This document shows positions 24,146-36,730 of a DNA stretch of 64,000 nucleotides, piece by piece (within the stretch, counting starts at the first letter, position 1; the number at the start of each line of letters is the position of its first letter). The translations under genes were made by a program, and so were the position numbers. The DNA is from Phyllosticta citribraziliensis (taxonomy: Eukaryota): assembly GCF_038025025.1 (NCBI RefSeq), contig NW_027117350.1, forward strand, positions 372,001-436,000, read 5' to 3'. The notes below the pieces were generated by a model. That model was not told the DNA's origin and made no database searches. It saw only the letters and a program-made list of their open reading frames with translations.

Positions 24146-25291
24146 GCCAGACAATGCTTGGTTCCTGCGTTGTGGTGCCACCAACGACGCTGTGTGTCCA
24201 ACCAACCTCATCATGACCGCGGCGCCGCTTCTCATCTCATCTCATCTCACTCATCGCCCACGACGTGCAGCGGGCGAACTGGATCGCATGATGGCGAGAA
24301 GCGAGCGGGGTGCGCGAAAGGTCAGGCCATTGGGATCGTCATCGTCATCATCACCATCATCGGCAGCATCAACGGCGTCGTCGTGGCCTGCCTTGATTTT
24401 CTGGCCTTCGCTTCGTTCCCCGCCGCCATACTCCAGGTCTAACAACTCATCGCCCCCGCGACCCTCCTGACTACTGACTGACTGGCACAACATGCACCCC
24501 AAGGGCTCCACTCTGCTGCTGCTGCTGCTGCTGCTGCTGCTTCCTTCCAGTACAAGTAGTGCGCGACACGGCACCTCAACAGACAAGCGCGCCAAGGCGC
24601 CGGTCATGTCGCCCTGTGTCGGTGCTACTGCTGCGCGATGATGCGTAGCGTCGACCGTGCTCTTTGCGCTCGCTCTACAACTTTGACGGCATGTCTTGCG
24701 AACAAGGTGGGAGTGCCTTACTTGGTTGATGCTTAGTGCGTGCATGCCCTCCTAGCCAGTACCCATCTACAGAGCCTACACACATGGCGGTAACTACTGC
24801 AGTACCTAGGCTTCGAAGATGATGGGCGATGACGACGACGCACAATGGATGCAATGCCAACAACCGCATACCTCAGATGCCGCGGCTGCAGGTCCTGAAA
24901 CACGGGGCAAAGGTAAGCAAGCAAGCAAGCACGGAGAGCTGCTGCTGCGCGCTGCGTTGTCATTGTCATTGTCGTCGTCGTCGTCGTTGTTGTCAAATGG
25001 TTTTTTTGTTTTTTGTTGTGGTTTCACTGTGGCGCAGCACCGAAGAAGCACACCGTCTCCTGCCAATCGTATGCCAATGTTGTCCCAAGCCTTGTGACTC
25101 TTCTTCTACACCGGCACGGATGATGCGATGGCCGGGTGCGAGGCCATGTGGTTTTGGCCGGCGCCTCGGCAGGTTGAACTTGGTATGGTAGGTATCCGAT
25201 GTATGTAGGGAGAATGTGGATGAGTTTTGGTACCTACCGGCACATGCCTGCGGGCAGCCTCGTTGACCAAGCGTACAGCGAGCTAAGCATC

Positions 25292-25330
<39 letters not shown>

Positions 25331-26034
25331 TCCCGCACAAGGCATACAGACAAATGCTCAAAGTCTTTCAGTCCTTTTGGTCGTGTAGCAATAAGTAGGT
25401 ACCTTGGTCTTGGTGTGCCTGGGCGGGCTTACCCCTCCACACCGTCCCTCCCCCCTCCCGACGCTGCTTACCACAAACAGCTAGCCTCCCAGCGGCGGGC
25501 CAAGGAGGGAGCCGAAGCCGAGACGCCACAGCCGCCTGCCCTTCTAACCACCAACACGCTCCCACGCCCCCCCCCCCCCCCACCCACCCGCCTGCCCGCC
25601 CCTCTTTCCATCCCATCCCGCCAACCAAACTGCCGCCTCGTCTTGGGCTTTTCGTATGCCATCTGATTGCGCTAGCCAGTGTGCCAGCGAGCAAGAATGC
25701 GATCAACAGCTCTTCGTTTCCCTTCGCTTCTTCGCTTCGCTCCCCCTGCGCCATTATTTTGCCCGCCCGCCCGCCCGCCTGCCCGTCCGTCCGTCCGTTC
25801 GCTGGCGTCGCATCGTCCTTTTCTTTGCCCTCCCCGAGCGCTCCGAGCTGTGAGCGAGCGAAGAAGGGCATCCATTCCGCCGCCAAGCAAGGGAGCGAGA
25901 GGGGCGGGCGCTCGCTCGCTCGCTCGTTTTGCCCTGCCCCGGCAAAGCCGAGATGAAGGGACTACATGCGGAATACCGTAGCGCATATTAGCTGACTGCT
26001 GCTGAAATAAGCGACGACGACGACGACGACGACG
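22932..26034. repeat. Microsatellite cluster: (GT)10 22932-22952, (GTCT)12 24098-24146, (CTG)9 24513-24541, (CT)16 25294-25326, poly-C ~25567-25581, (CGA)7 26012-26034
   Basis: Direct reading of the sequence. Confidence 0.92.
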
Positions 26035-29000
26035 GGGCGAAGCGCGTTGCGCAAGGCTGGTCGACGTTTTGTTTGATCTTGCGTGCCGAGTTCGATTGGT
26101 GTCATCGGACGGCAGCTGCGACTGGCAATCCGAACGCGATGCCTGGCTGGTTGCCGGGCTGGCGCTACGGTGAGCTGTCAAGCGACACCCTTTCTTTTTG
26201 CTTTCGTTCTGGGTATTGTGCTCTCGTCTTGCTCATTTGTTCGCGCTCCGCTACTTCGCAACCCATGCCCCGTCCGCCCGTCTCTCGTTGCCCGGCCATA
26301 TTTTTCCTTCACACACTAGTCACTCATTCAGCCCGATTGAAGTGTAGATTCGGCGCTTTTGGGTCGCGGGTGCGGCGTTCGCTGACGTTGCGCGCCGCTG
26401 TCTCGTGCGCACCGCTGTCGTTGTGTTGTTGGCCCTGGTCCTCGGATTCGGATTTGACTTTTACGGCCTCCTTGCTGCTTGCGAAAGAGCGGGCGGGCGG
26501 ACGGGTAAGGAGGAGGTGAGTCATTGTTTCTTGATACGAGCAACGACAACAACGTCGACGACAAAAACCGAGGCAACGTCTGTCAACAAGAGAGAAGAGC
26601 CGTCGGGTCGCCGACAGAGTTGACTGCGCGTGACTGTGTGGCTTGTTGCTTCGTCGTTCGTCGTGCCACGTCAGGAGACTCGTCGGTCAAACTTTGCGGC
26701 TTGCAAAGTCTTTTTCCTGGGTCGAGCGAGAGAGGGACGAGAGGAAGAGAACGCCGTTTCGTGAGGACGTTGGGAGAGCCCCAGCATGCCCCGTCTCAAT
26801 GCCACGGGCATGGAACATGGAGCGCATCTCTCTTTCCCTGTCTACCTTACGTAGAGGCTATTGCTTTTGTTGTCTTCCTTACCTGTCCTCCAACCTCGTT
26901 TGTCGCTCGAGTCTGCCACGCAATTCTTCACAGCCTTGGGAGAAAGAAGAAAAGAGACGATATGCGGCCTGACGTCAAGCTCCCCGGGTCGCGTCGTCGC
27001 TCGCCCGAGCGCCCGACGACAGCGAAAGCTGACGTGACGGACTGCCCTTCTGGAAGGTTGCAGCTGATGACGGCGGCGGGAGGATGGGAAAGCGGTGGAC
27101 GGGCAGGAGCGGACGTCACGGAGCTCGGGAGTCGGGCTCGGGCATTGGGCTCCGGGATTGCTTTTTCCTAGGAGGTTGGGTCAGCTCCCTTGGTGGATGG
27201 GAGGTAAGATGGTAAGGCAAAGGGCACCAAGTACGTTTCTTAGCGTAGGATGGCCATCAGGAGCTGAACTCAGCAGCAACAGCAACAGCAGCACTAAAGT
27301 CATGGTGGTTAGTTGGTGCAGCTGGGAATGTGCCAAGGCGATGGAAAAGAAGGAGAAGAAGCATTCGTGCGGTGAGTATTCTGGTAGGTCTCGATATCTC
27401 CTTTTCCCCAGTCTCTCGTACTTCGACGCGATTCGCTGCCTGTCTGCACTTGACTTTGTTTCCTTCTCTCATCCTTCTTCCACCTGGTTCGTCGCATCTC
27501 TTCTCTCGACGTCCAATCTCTTCGCTTCGCTTCGCTTCTGCATTTGCATCTAGAGGTCGGAAGGATCGATCGACACGCCCCAGGTCTGCTGAGAAATCGC
27601 CAGATCGCGTGGCCAGAAGCATCTGAGTGTCTGCAAGGCCCTTTCTTCCAGGCCTATCTAACTCTTGCCTGCTATCCCCCTTGGTCGTCCTCTGTCCAAT
27701 CTGCTTGCCACGATTCTGGTCGCATCCTCTTCTGCCATATCTCTGCGTAATCGAAAATCACAAGAACCGGCATTCTACCTAAACAAGGGGGAAAGATAGG
27801 AGGGAGCGAGCGAGAGACGAGATGGAGGGTCAGACAGTCACTTCTTGCTTCTGGCATTCACCTTCACGCATTCCCCATGACAGTGGCATTGCAAATCCTG
27901 ACGCCCCCCATCTGTCCCTCCGTCTCTCGCCCTCGCCATCACACCATCTCCAACGCGGCTGTCGATTTCCCCATAACCTCCCCCCCAAAAGTCCAAATCG
28001 TCACTCCCACTCCCAGTCCCCGCCCCAGTCTCTCGAAGACTGCAGCATAGCACCGGGAGCGTTCGCGGGCCTTGCATCGACAGAGCTGCAAGTCGTCGGC
28101 GATTCAAAGGTACCTGCAGCGTGCCTGAAGAAAAGCAAGACGCGGAGGACATGCAAGGCCCCATCCGCTTTATTGGCAATCGAGCGCACCACGTCGAGCC
28201 CGGCCTAGAGCTTCTTTCGTCCATCTCCCATCTCTCTCGTCCAATTCGTCGCGGGCTGTCCAATCCATTCGCCTTCTCGACACCATCGTCTCTTTTGCCG
28301 CAAAGTTTGATCGCAATATCCTCGTTGCGCGTCTGGACTTAGCGGACTGGACTGGACTGATCTACGCCGACTTGGGGGATGTCATGTCGTCGAGATGGAT
28401 GGGCCGATGCAAGGCACGCTGCAGACGAACTGACAGCTCGCCACTGGTGGTCTAGCATGGCCGTCGTGGAATGGTGGTGGGCAGCATCATTGCCATCCCA
28501 AGAAAGCATATCTCTACACACACGCACGCCTTGATCCTATGTCTTTTTCTGGACCACCAACACCATACAATTCGTCCGACGTCGTCCAATCTGCTCGCGA
28601 ATCCGGCATTTCGATCTCCCCGCCCAAAGGCGTCGTTATCCATCTTGCATGCGCGTACGCACGCACGGCAGTTGGATAGCTGCAGCGTGCCTGAAAGATA
28701 ATGCAAGGCCCTCTTCTCTCGTTTGCCTTCTCCATTTCAGCCATCCAGGTAGCCAAACAGCTCGTTAGTAGCTCTCATGCGCGGTGGCTGTGCTGACCAC
28801 GACGACGAGTTAGCGACGACGATAGGCGTCCTCGACAGATCAACTCTTGCCTCCTTGTGGTTGGCCTTGCGCTCCATGCACACCTCTCCGTCAATCGCTG
28901 AATAAACGAAATCTACAAGTACCATGGTGCGCGCGCAAAGCGCTGCCGCAGTCAACCAGTCAAGCAGTCGGCCGCGCTGCCGTTGCCGCGCTGCGCTGCA

Positions 29001-32000
29001 CCACTCACTCGTACTGCATTGCAGATGCACAGCCATACCAGGCTACAACGGGCACACCCACGCTCATTTTTACTGATACCTTGCCGACTGATTGAATGCT
29101 GTTCCTAGTGTTCCTGATGATCCTGGGATATCTCTGTTCGACTCTCTGATTGCGCGTCGGTGTTTGCGCTCCCTGTTCTATCTCATCGGTCTGCCTTTTG
29201 GGGTCTCTGAGCGCACCACCACCGCTGCCGCCGCCGCCGCCGCGTCAGCATGGGGATGTTGGACGCAGCAGTGTGTGGCTGCGCCCTGTCCGTCATGCTC
29301 TGCACCGCACTGCTACTCCTACCGCGGCTACGACACAGCCAGTCAGTCACTCGCCCACGTGCTCCAGGCGTCACTCGCTGACTGACTGCAGTTTCAGTCA
29401 ACTGGGCCCCATCGTTCGAACGAACATAGGGTGCTCCTCCTCAAGCCAACCAAGACAGCGAGAATTGACGCCACTTAAACTTTTCCTCTTTTAATAGCAC
29501 ACACGACATGCGCGCGCATACACATACATGTCAGAGCAAAATGTGGGGTACAGCCATGACATAGGTATCACGCAAAGCCAGCCAGTAGCTAACCACCACG
29601 GTACCAGAGTTCCTTGCAGGCATGCATGCATGCAGGAAGAAAAAAAAAAAAAAAAAGGCGCCACATCCATCTTTTTTTTCTCTCTTTCTTACTTTCTTAC
29701 TTTCTGCCCTGTGAGTAAGACAGTCGGCAAGACGGCAATTGCACACGTGGGAGAGGGGCAGGCGTCAGAAGGGCCGATGGATGCGATGATGGGTGCGTCC
29801 GTCTGGCGGTTTTGGCCTTGCTTGGTTGAGCGGCGGGTGTGCAGAGCGGGGTCACGGCCAACGGTCTGAGGCAGCGCGGCAGCTGCCCGCGCAAGTTTCT
29901 TTGCTCTGTTTGCCGGCGCAAGTGATGAAAGTACAGTATCGTATCTATCTGTCGGGAGCGCGCGCTGTGGTTCAAAAGAGCAGTGTTATGATGAAGATTG
30001 AGCCAGGACAGCAGCGGGGCGTTGCGATCAAGATGCGCAGTATGTTGTTGTCTTCCAATGGCAACGATGGCGGGGCTGGCTGACAGGCTGGAAAAGCTAT
30101 TGTTAGAGGAGCCAAGGGTTTTTGGCTTGAGCAGTGTGTGCCTCAGGTCATCTCTCTTCCTTTATTGCCGTGCGGCGACGCCAACACCCACAGCAACTCC
30201 GCGCAATGCCCTCGCTCACTGCACACTTCAATGGCCAGCGGGACGGCGAGCGCTGCGAGCCCAACGGACAAAACAAGCAGACGATACCGAGCATGGCTCA
30301 GCTGGACCAGGGCGCCGTCTGCTGCTCCCTGCCATGATGCTTTTTGCCCAGAACGCAGGCAGGCAGACAGGCAGGCAGGCAGATAGACAGGGCAGCAAAC
30401 CCTCCCTCAGCAAACAGACTGTGTTGTTTCGAGCCAGCTTTTCCTGCCCTGACGTCGTCTTTGTGTCTCTCTCTCGAGCGGGTTAGCTTCTGGCCGCTCC
30501 CTCCCTTTTCTGCCGGCGCCCGCCCCCCGACCTGGTTGCGTTGGGCTCTGAGTCGCCTGGTGCGGGGACAGGGGGCGACGACGGCGCCGTCGTTGTCGTT
30601 GACTGAGAGGGTGCGAGGGCACTGAAGCGCCACGCGATTGCTCCGCCCTGGAAATTTCTTCTTCTTCGTGCTGCGCTCATGACAGGTCCAACACCGGGGA
30701 AGCTGCCATTAACGCGGCTGCTATGATCGAATGGCGTGGCGGGACTGCGTGGTGGAAGATTCGCGACGCTTTTTCCGCGGGCGTCGACTGGTTACGGCGG
30801 CGGCGGCGGCGGCGTCGGCTGCTGCCGCGCCGTGCGTGTATAACGTTGTCCAGTCAGTCGGCGAGGCCGCGAGAGCACGATGAGTGGAAGAAGTTTTGAT
30901 GCTGTGCTAGACTCCGGGCACGGCATCTTGGCCAGAGCGATCGCAAACACTCGGGTTGCCATGGCCTTGATTTTGACCAACACCCATCACCCTCCCAGCC
31001 AACCCCGCGGTCTGTCGAAACCGCCTCTCCGTCATCATACGGAAAACGTCTCGTGGAGGCACCGCGGCCGCGGTGTGAGACCTTCTTTGTTCTTCTCTCG
31101 CAGTCGGCGCGGGCACCGTCTCACGACCTGCCATTCGCACCCCACGCTCGCGCTAAAAACCGGACCAGCACGGGACCGGCACACTGTTCGGTTCAGCCTC
31201 TTGCCGTTGTGCTACTACGCCTAGAACGAGCAGCTGGCTGGCTGCACAGGCTGGCTGGCCTTTTCTTTCCTCGCGCCCAGATGGCTCCGCTACCCGGGCC
31301 AAGCGAGTTGGGTTCGGCTCACTTGCGGATGGCCATTCGCATCCAGGTAATGCTTGCTCGAGCCGTGTGGTAGTAGTGCGGAACCACCATTATTCCCGCC
31401 TCTTCTTCTCTCGACTTCTTTCTTGCTGCCTATATGCAGCTTCAGTGCCCCCGCTCCCTGCTCTTTTGCGCAGTGCTCTGCAGTCTCTTTGCCTGTTCCT
31501 TGCGCGCTCTTTTTTTTCTCTGTGCATGCAAAGCCAGCCAACCAACGCCGTCTTTCACCAAAATCTTGCCGTTGGGCACTGTACCAATACCGTTCCAAGG
31601 CTCAGCGCTGTCACGGCCGCAGCAGCAGTCTACCACTGGGCTCTGGCTGTATCTACTCCTTTTGCTGCGACCGGATTGACCAAGCCTCGATCTATTGTGA
31701 GCCACGATCTTGCGATGCTGGCATAGCCACTTTTCGGCCACCTCGCCTTCACTGTGTTGCTGCTCATCTCAAGATCTGAACTTCCAGCACACGTCGCGAA
31801 TACTGGCTGTACGATCTCAATTTAGCTTCTGCCTCAATGGCAATCCATGATGCGTCTTGGTACTAAGCATCAACGGGATGCTGACCTCCCAGGGAAGTCG
31901 TGCAATAACAACCCCATCTGGTGCAGACGCACGAAAACCTAGCCATGTTCACGTCGAGTAAACAAACACGCCGACCAAGCGCAGAAGCATTCCTCCGCCC

Positions 32001-35000
32001 TTATTGCCGCCTCGTTTGTAACTGTATTTGTCAAACTTCAGTCTGCGGCTTCTCGCCAGTTACTCCTCATCACCTTCTCCTTGCGTATTGCCAATGTGCC
32101 TCTGACTTTTTGTATGCCGCTTCTTGGTCATGCATGCGTGCATCCAGGTCCGACCGGAATGCGTTTATTTGTCTGCCGATGCAACGGCGCCGGGAGTAAT
32201 TGGAACTGTTTGTAGATCAAGGATAGACCCGCCATTGATTTGTTTGAGCGGTTGATGGAAATAGTACGCTAGGGGCATGCGCCTTGTTGCTCGACGAGGG
32301 AGACGCACTCTCAAAAAGCCACTGGAGTCGAAAGAAGCTGGGCGAAATGATCCGAGGTGGCGAGAGTTGGCAGTGCTGGCGTTGTAAGGAAGTCTCCGAA
32401 AAATCAGACAAAGGGCGCTTTTTCCTGTCCAACCAGCGATGGGAATATCTTGCGCCAGCATGACCCCCCATGCTGAACTTCCAACATTAAGATGGTGGGC
32501 GAGCAGATTTTCGACTCCATCGTCGAGTCTAGACTCTGGTCAGTGTGGACCAGGCCACCAAAAGAGTCGAGCAGACATGACTCCTACTAGGCATTAGACC
32601 ACCCCAAAGAGCCAAATATTATCTGCTTTGAGAGCGGCCACTCCCACCACACCACTCCATAGCGCAGCAGGGACGGCGAATCACGACGCCGAATTTTCGC
32701 AAGGCTCCCGCTCAACGCGCTCGTAAATATGGGTGCTCCCGCCCCTCCACCAACCACCACCAACAGGACGCCGCCCGCACTAGGTAGATGTGGTAGCCTG
32801 TCTTGCCTCCTTCCCCATCGGCGGCAGGCACAGGTCAGGTACAACACCATCAGCGCCCATCACGACCTCGCAGCAGCGACCCCTATCACCAACCAACCGT
32901 TCGCCCCACACCTTTCCCCCGCCACCACCAAAATAAAAAGTCTCGCTATCGTGGTGCGCAGCCGCCGGCCTCAGCTCCGTCCACGCACACGTCCAGTCCG
33001 TGGATACCCGGTTGTCGGGGCACGTAGGTGTCAAGACAGGCGGGCAGGCAGGCTACAACAACGACGACAAGACGGCAGCAGCAGCAGTAGTGGTCTTCGG
33101 GTCGCGTCGTCCGAGTTGTGCACGGCTTATCCAAGCCGACCTGTTGCTTGTGGTCGCAACGCAGCGAGCGCACGGTCTTGGCCAGCCAGCTCGCCAGCCA
33201 GCCAGCCGCTAGAGTACGCAACACCACACCACACCATCACGGCAGGCGGGATCTACGGACGGGGGCGGTGCCCACGGGGGAGACGGCGGACGGCACGGCT
33301 CTGTCGGCTCGGTCGGATAACGGCATGGGTTGACAGGGAGGGAGTTTTCGCTGAGAGAAAATGTCTGCGCGGCGAGGAGGGAGATGGGAAGGGGACAGGG
33401 AGAGGGAAGTTTGGCGAAGGAGACGGGGGGAGGGGGAGAACCGGTTGGGTTGGGTTGCGTGGGACTTGAGAGTGTGGAGTAAGGAACGTGGGTTGAGCAG
33501 CGCGAGAGAAAGAGGGTTGGGCAGGACAAGAACTGGAAAGAGACGGGGAAGAGTGACGCCAGCGCAGGCCAATCAGGGGCCGTGGCTGGGATGGTGCGTG
33601 TAGTGATGTGGGTGGAGAGGTGCGGGATGCGGTTGGTAAAGGTGCCAGACTCGTCTTGTTTGCAGTCTTTCCGAACGTTGATATGGTAATTTTTGAGCTG
33701 CTAGGAGCGCTCATGGCAAGGATAGGGAGAGGACATGGCTGGCTGGGAGGGAGCATGAACTGAGGAAGCAGAATCCGTCTGATGCCTGGATGCCTAAAAG
33801 CTCGCAAAGGTGAAAGAAGGTTTAGGTTTGGTGAGAACGACCCGGACGCAAAGGTGAGGTGAGGTGCAATGATTAGTCCACGGCAAAGCCGAGGCTGCCG
33901 TTGCTTGCGACGACGATGACGCTGCGCTTTAGAGGCGCGTGAAGAGGTGGGGAGACTTCGGGTTGGTGTTGGCAGTTTACTATACACTGCAGCCAGACGA
34001 TAGGTTGGATGTAGGTTGGATGCTGAGGAGACAACCGCTTAAGCGAGCCAACCAACGACAATCTGAGCGAGAAACGAGAAGAAACGGCCTTGGTACTCGG
34101 CTGCTCGCATACGGATCTTCGCTCTCGCTTTGATAACGGTAGCCTGGCGGCGACACAGGGACAATGGACTTAGGAACGGATAATTTGAACGACGAAGTTC
34201 CGAATCGTCGCGAGTTTTGCCTTTGTGAGAGTGTTTTGAAGACGGTGGAGATGGAAGTTGAATGCCTGAGGCTTGTTTGGTGATGGAGATAGATGAGCGG
34301 ATGTCTCGATGTTGCCCCGCCAGATTGCTTATTTCGGTAGGAACCGCGTGTTCCCAAGATCTGTTGGACACTAGCCAGAAATTTTGTCTGGAGGATAAGA
34401 ATTCCAGCCAGTCATGTTGGCTGATTAGATTGAATCTTTCCATTGACTTTCGTGCCGTGCCATTGAGCCATGCAAGTGACATCATATGCTTCAAGATAAG
34501 ATGCTGAGCCACTGTACCGCCGCGTACAGTACTGTACGTACCTAGATCTTCCAGGACTCATGCTCCTCTTGCTCCGAATCATGGCACGATCAACGTGGAT
34601 GCTTGTCCTTCCGTCTTGCGTGCGCGTAAGAGCGGTTTACCACGATCCAAAAGCGGGGCCGGAGGCATTGTCTCCTCTTTCGAATATACACTTTTGGAGG
34701 AGGTCGTTCTAAGAGGAGCCCCTCACTGCCGGCCTAACTTGCGCCTTGGTTTTGTCGACAAGGGGCAGGGTGCGGACTTTGTGCCATCGTGCCCCTGTTG
34801 CCGCCACATCGTGGATCTGCAAGCTAACGCAGGTGGCCGAATACTAAACACAGCATATTGGTCGCCGAATGCTGATGGAGGTGGAGTCAACCGCGTTTAG
34901 CGATCCAAGACGAGATGATGCCATGGACGGCGATCTTTGACTTGTTGGTTCTTGAGGGAGTTTTGTACAGCAAGGGGTGATGCTGCGGACTCATCACGAG

Positions 35001-35275
35001 ATGCCGCAAAGAGAGCCGAGTGTCTGTAGACCTCAGCGTTCTCTCAAATACTCCAAGTTACTGTTCAACAAATGTCTTTTTCAACTAACCTCTATCCTCG
35101 CTTGGAAGTGCTAGAATTGTCCAGTCTTCAAACCCTTCCGCACCGAGTGGTATCTGATTTTGAAATCGTGCAAGTGCCTTGAATGATGTCCCAACGCCTT
35201 TTATTTTTCACGTGTGATGATCCCCGAAACTCCTCTGGTGAAGCATCCATATCTTGGGAGACTGTAGAATCAGCC

Positions 35276-36223
35276 TTACAAGTAATCCTTCTTCTTCGAC
35301 GTTCTCGTGTACTGGTTCATGTGCCATTCGACATCGCCGTCCTTGTTCTCAAGAGTGCCTCCCCTGATCTCGAAAAGCCGCATCGTCATTCGGGGACCGA
35401 CTTCGGCCAGCTCCACGCTTTGGTGGCCCGTTCTCACAAACACATGGTGGCGGACTTCAATACTGTCCTCCCGATTGACGAATGTGACGACTCGACTGCC
35501 GACGTCCTTGGACGTCAAGGACGGTTGCCGGGGCGGGAAGAGATGCTTGATGATTTTGGTAACACGCTTGCCGAGTTGCGTGGTAAAGCCTTCGAAAATC
35601 AAGTGCGGGTATGATTCGGATACGGTGCCACGTGCGGCGTTGGGGATATCGTGACGCAGGACGACATTGTGAAGCGAAAAGGAAGCAGTTGGGCCGTGTG
35701 GAAAATGTGAGACGGTGAGGGCGGTGGGCGTTCCGCGGTGCTCGTGAAGGAGGATGACATCGGACAAGCCGGCCGACTTGGCCGAAGATACAATGTTGGG
35801 CAAAATCAGATTTCCTCTGTTGACTCGGATACTCGTGGGCAGCAGCAGTCGGATTTCCTTGGCAAATGCCGACAATCTCGTTGATGGGTCGCGCGAGGTG
35901 GTTACCAGTACGCGAGGATCCACGATACCAGATAGCTGAGCATATTCGTCATCCAAGTCGAGGGCCTCGTCCACGGAGCGGTCTGGAGCGGACTCGTCGT
36001 ACTTGTAGTCTTCGCGCAGAGACTTGTCGTTGGCGATGGAAGGGTCGAGGGGTTTGCCAGTCGCGAGAGACTTTCTCAAGGCGGCGCGTTTTGAGGCGAT
36101 TTCAGCATCGCGAAGGGTCAGGGCGCGTCTGTAAAGATAGTCGCGACGCTCGCGAGCTTGTCGGCGCTGGGCAATGGGTCAGCTTGGAAGTTGGTGTTGA
36201 GGGAGCGTTGTGCGTACAATCAT
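35276..36223 (-). CDS. IMP4: U3 snoRNP protein Imp4 (Brix domain), ~298 aa; exons 36223-36218 (ATG ATT) and 36166-35276
   Basis: Spliced N-terminus [17 protein letters not shown]; motifs [29 protein letters not shown] and ELAEVGPRM. 51-nt intron GTACGC...GCTGAC...CAG. Confidence 0.96.
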
Positions 36224-36730
36224 GGTTGTCGGTCCTGTGTATTTTCAGGTGGGCGGCGCAAGTTCTCTCCAGGCACAATCGGCAGCGGGGACAAGAGTGG
36301 TGGCAGTGGTGGTGGTGGGTGCAACTTTTTGGGCGGAGGTTGTAGTTTTTGCGGGAGAGAGCGTCGCAAGATCGACACGGCTCCGCGCGCGGCGGCGGCG
36401 ACTTCTGGCTGCTGGGTCTTGTGCCTCCATCATACCTACATTACTGTACCCACGCAACACAACCTCTTCTGCACAAACACCGTCGGCCTTTGCGCATCCC
36501 TTTTCTCAACCTTCTCGCGCCTCGACAAGCAGAGCCAAATCGCTGCGCTCTGCCCACTGCAACCAGCCAGCGACACCGACTGCTGGGCCTGCGCACGGAG
36601 CCTGAATTGACGGTACCTCGTCCCACCGCCCGCAACTGGGATTTTGCCTCGCCCAAACACAGCTCCACCCTACCCCCCGACAACAACAACGCTCCCACTG
36701 GCCACGCCCTGCACAACTCTGGTGGCCACC

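Noticed and set aside
32729..33987. ~245-aa ORFs (32729-33469 +, 33253-33987 -) and similar ORFs at 10063-10932, 14453-15295, 16424-17317
   Set aside because: Low-complexity translations of SSR/GC-rich DNA with no domain signatures or coding-like codon pattern.
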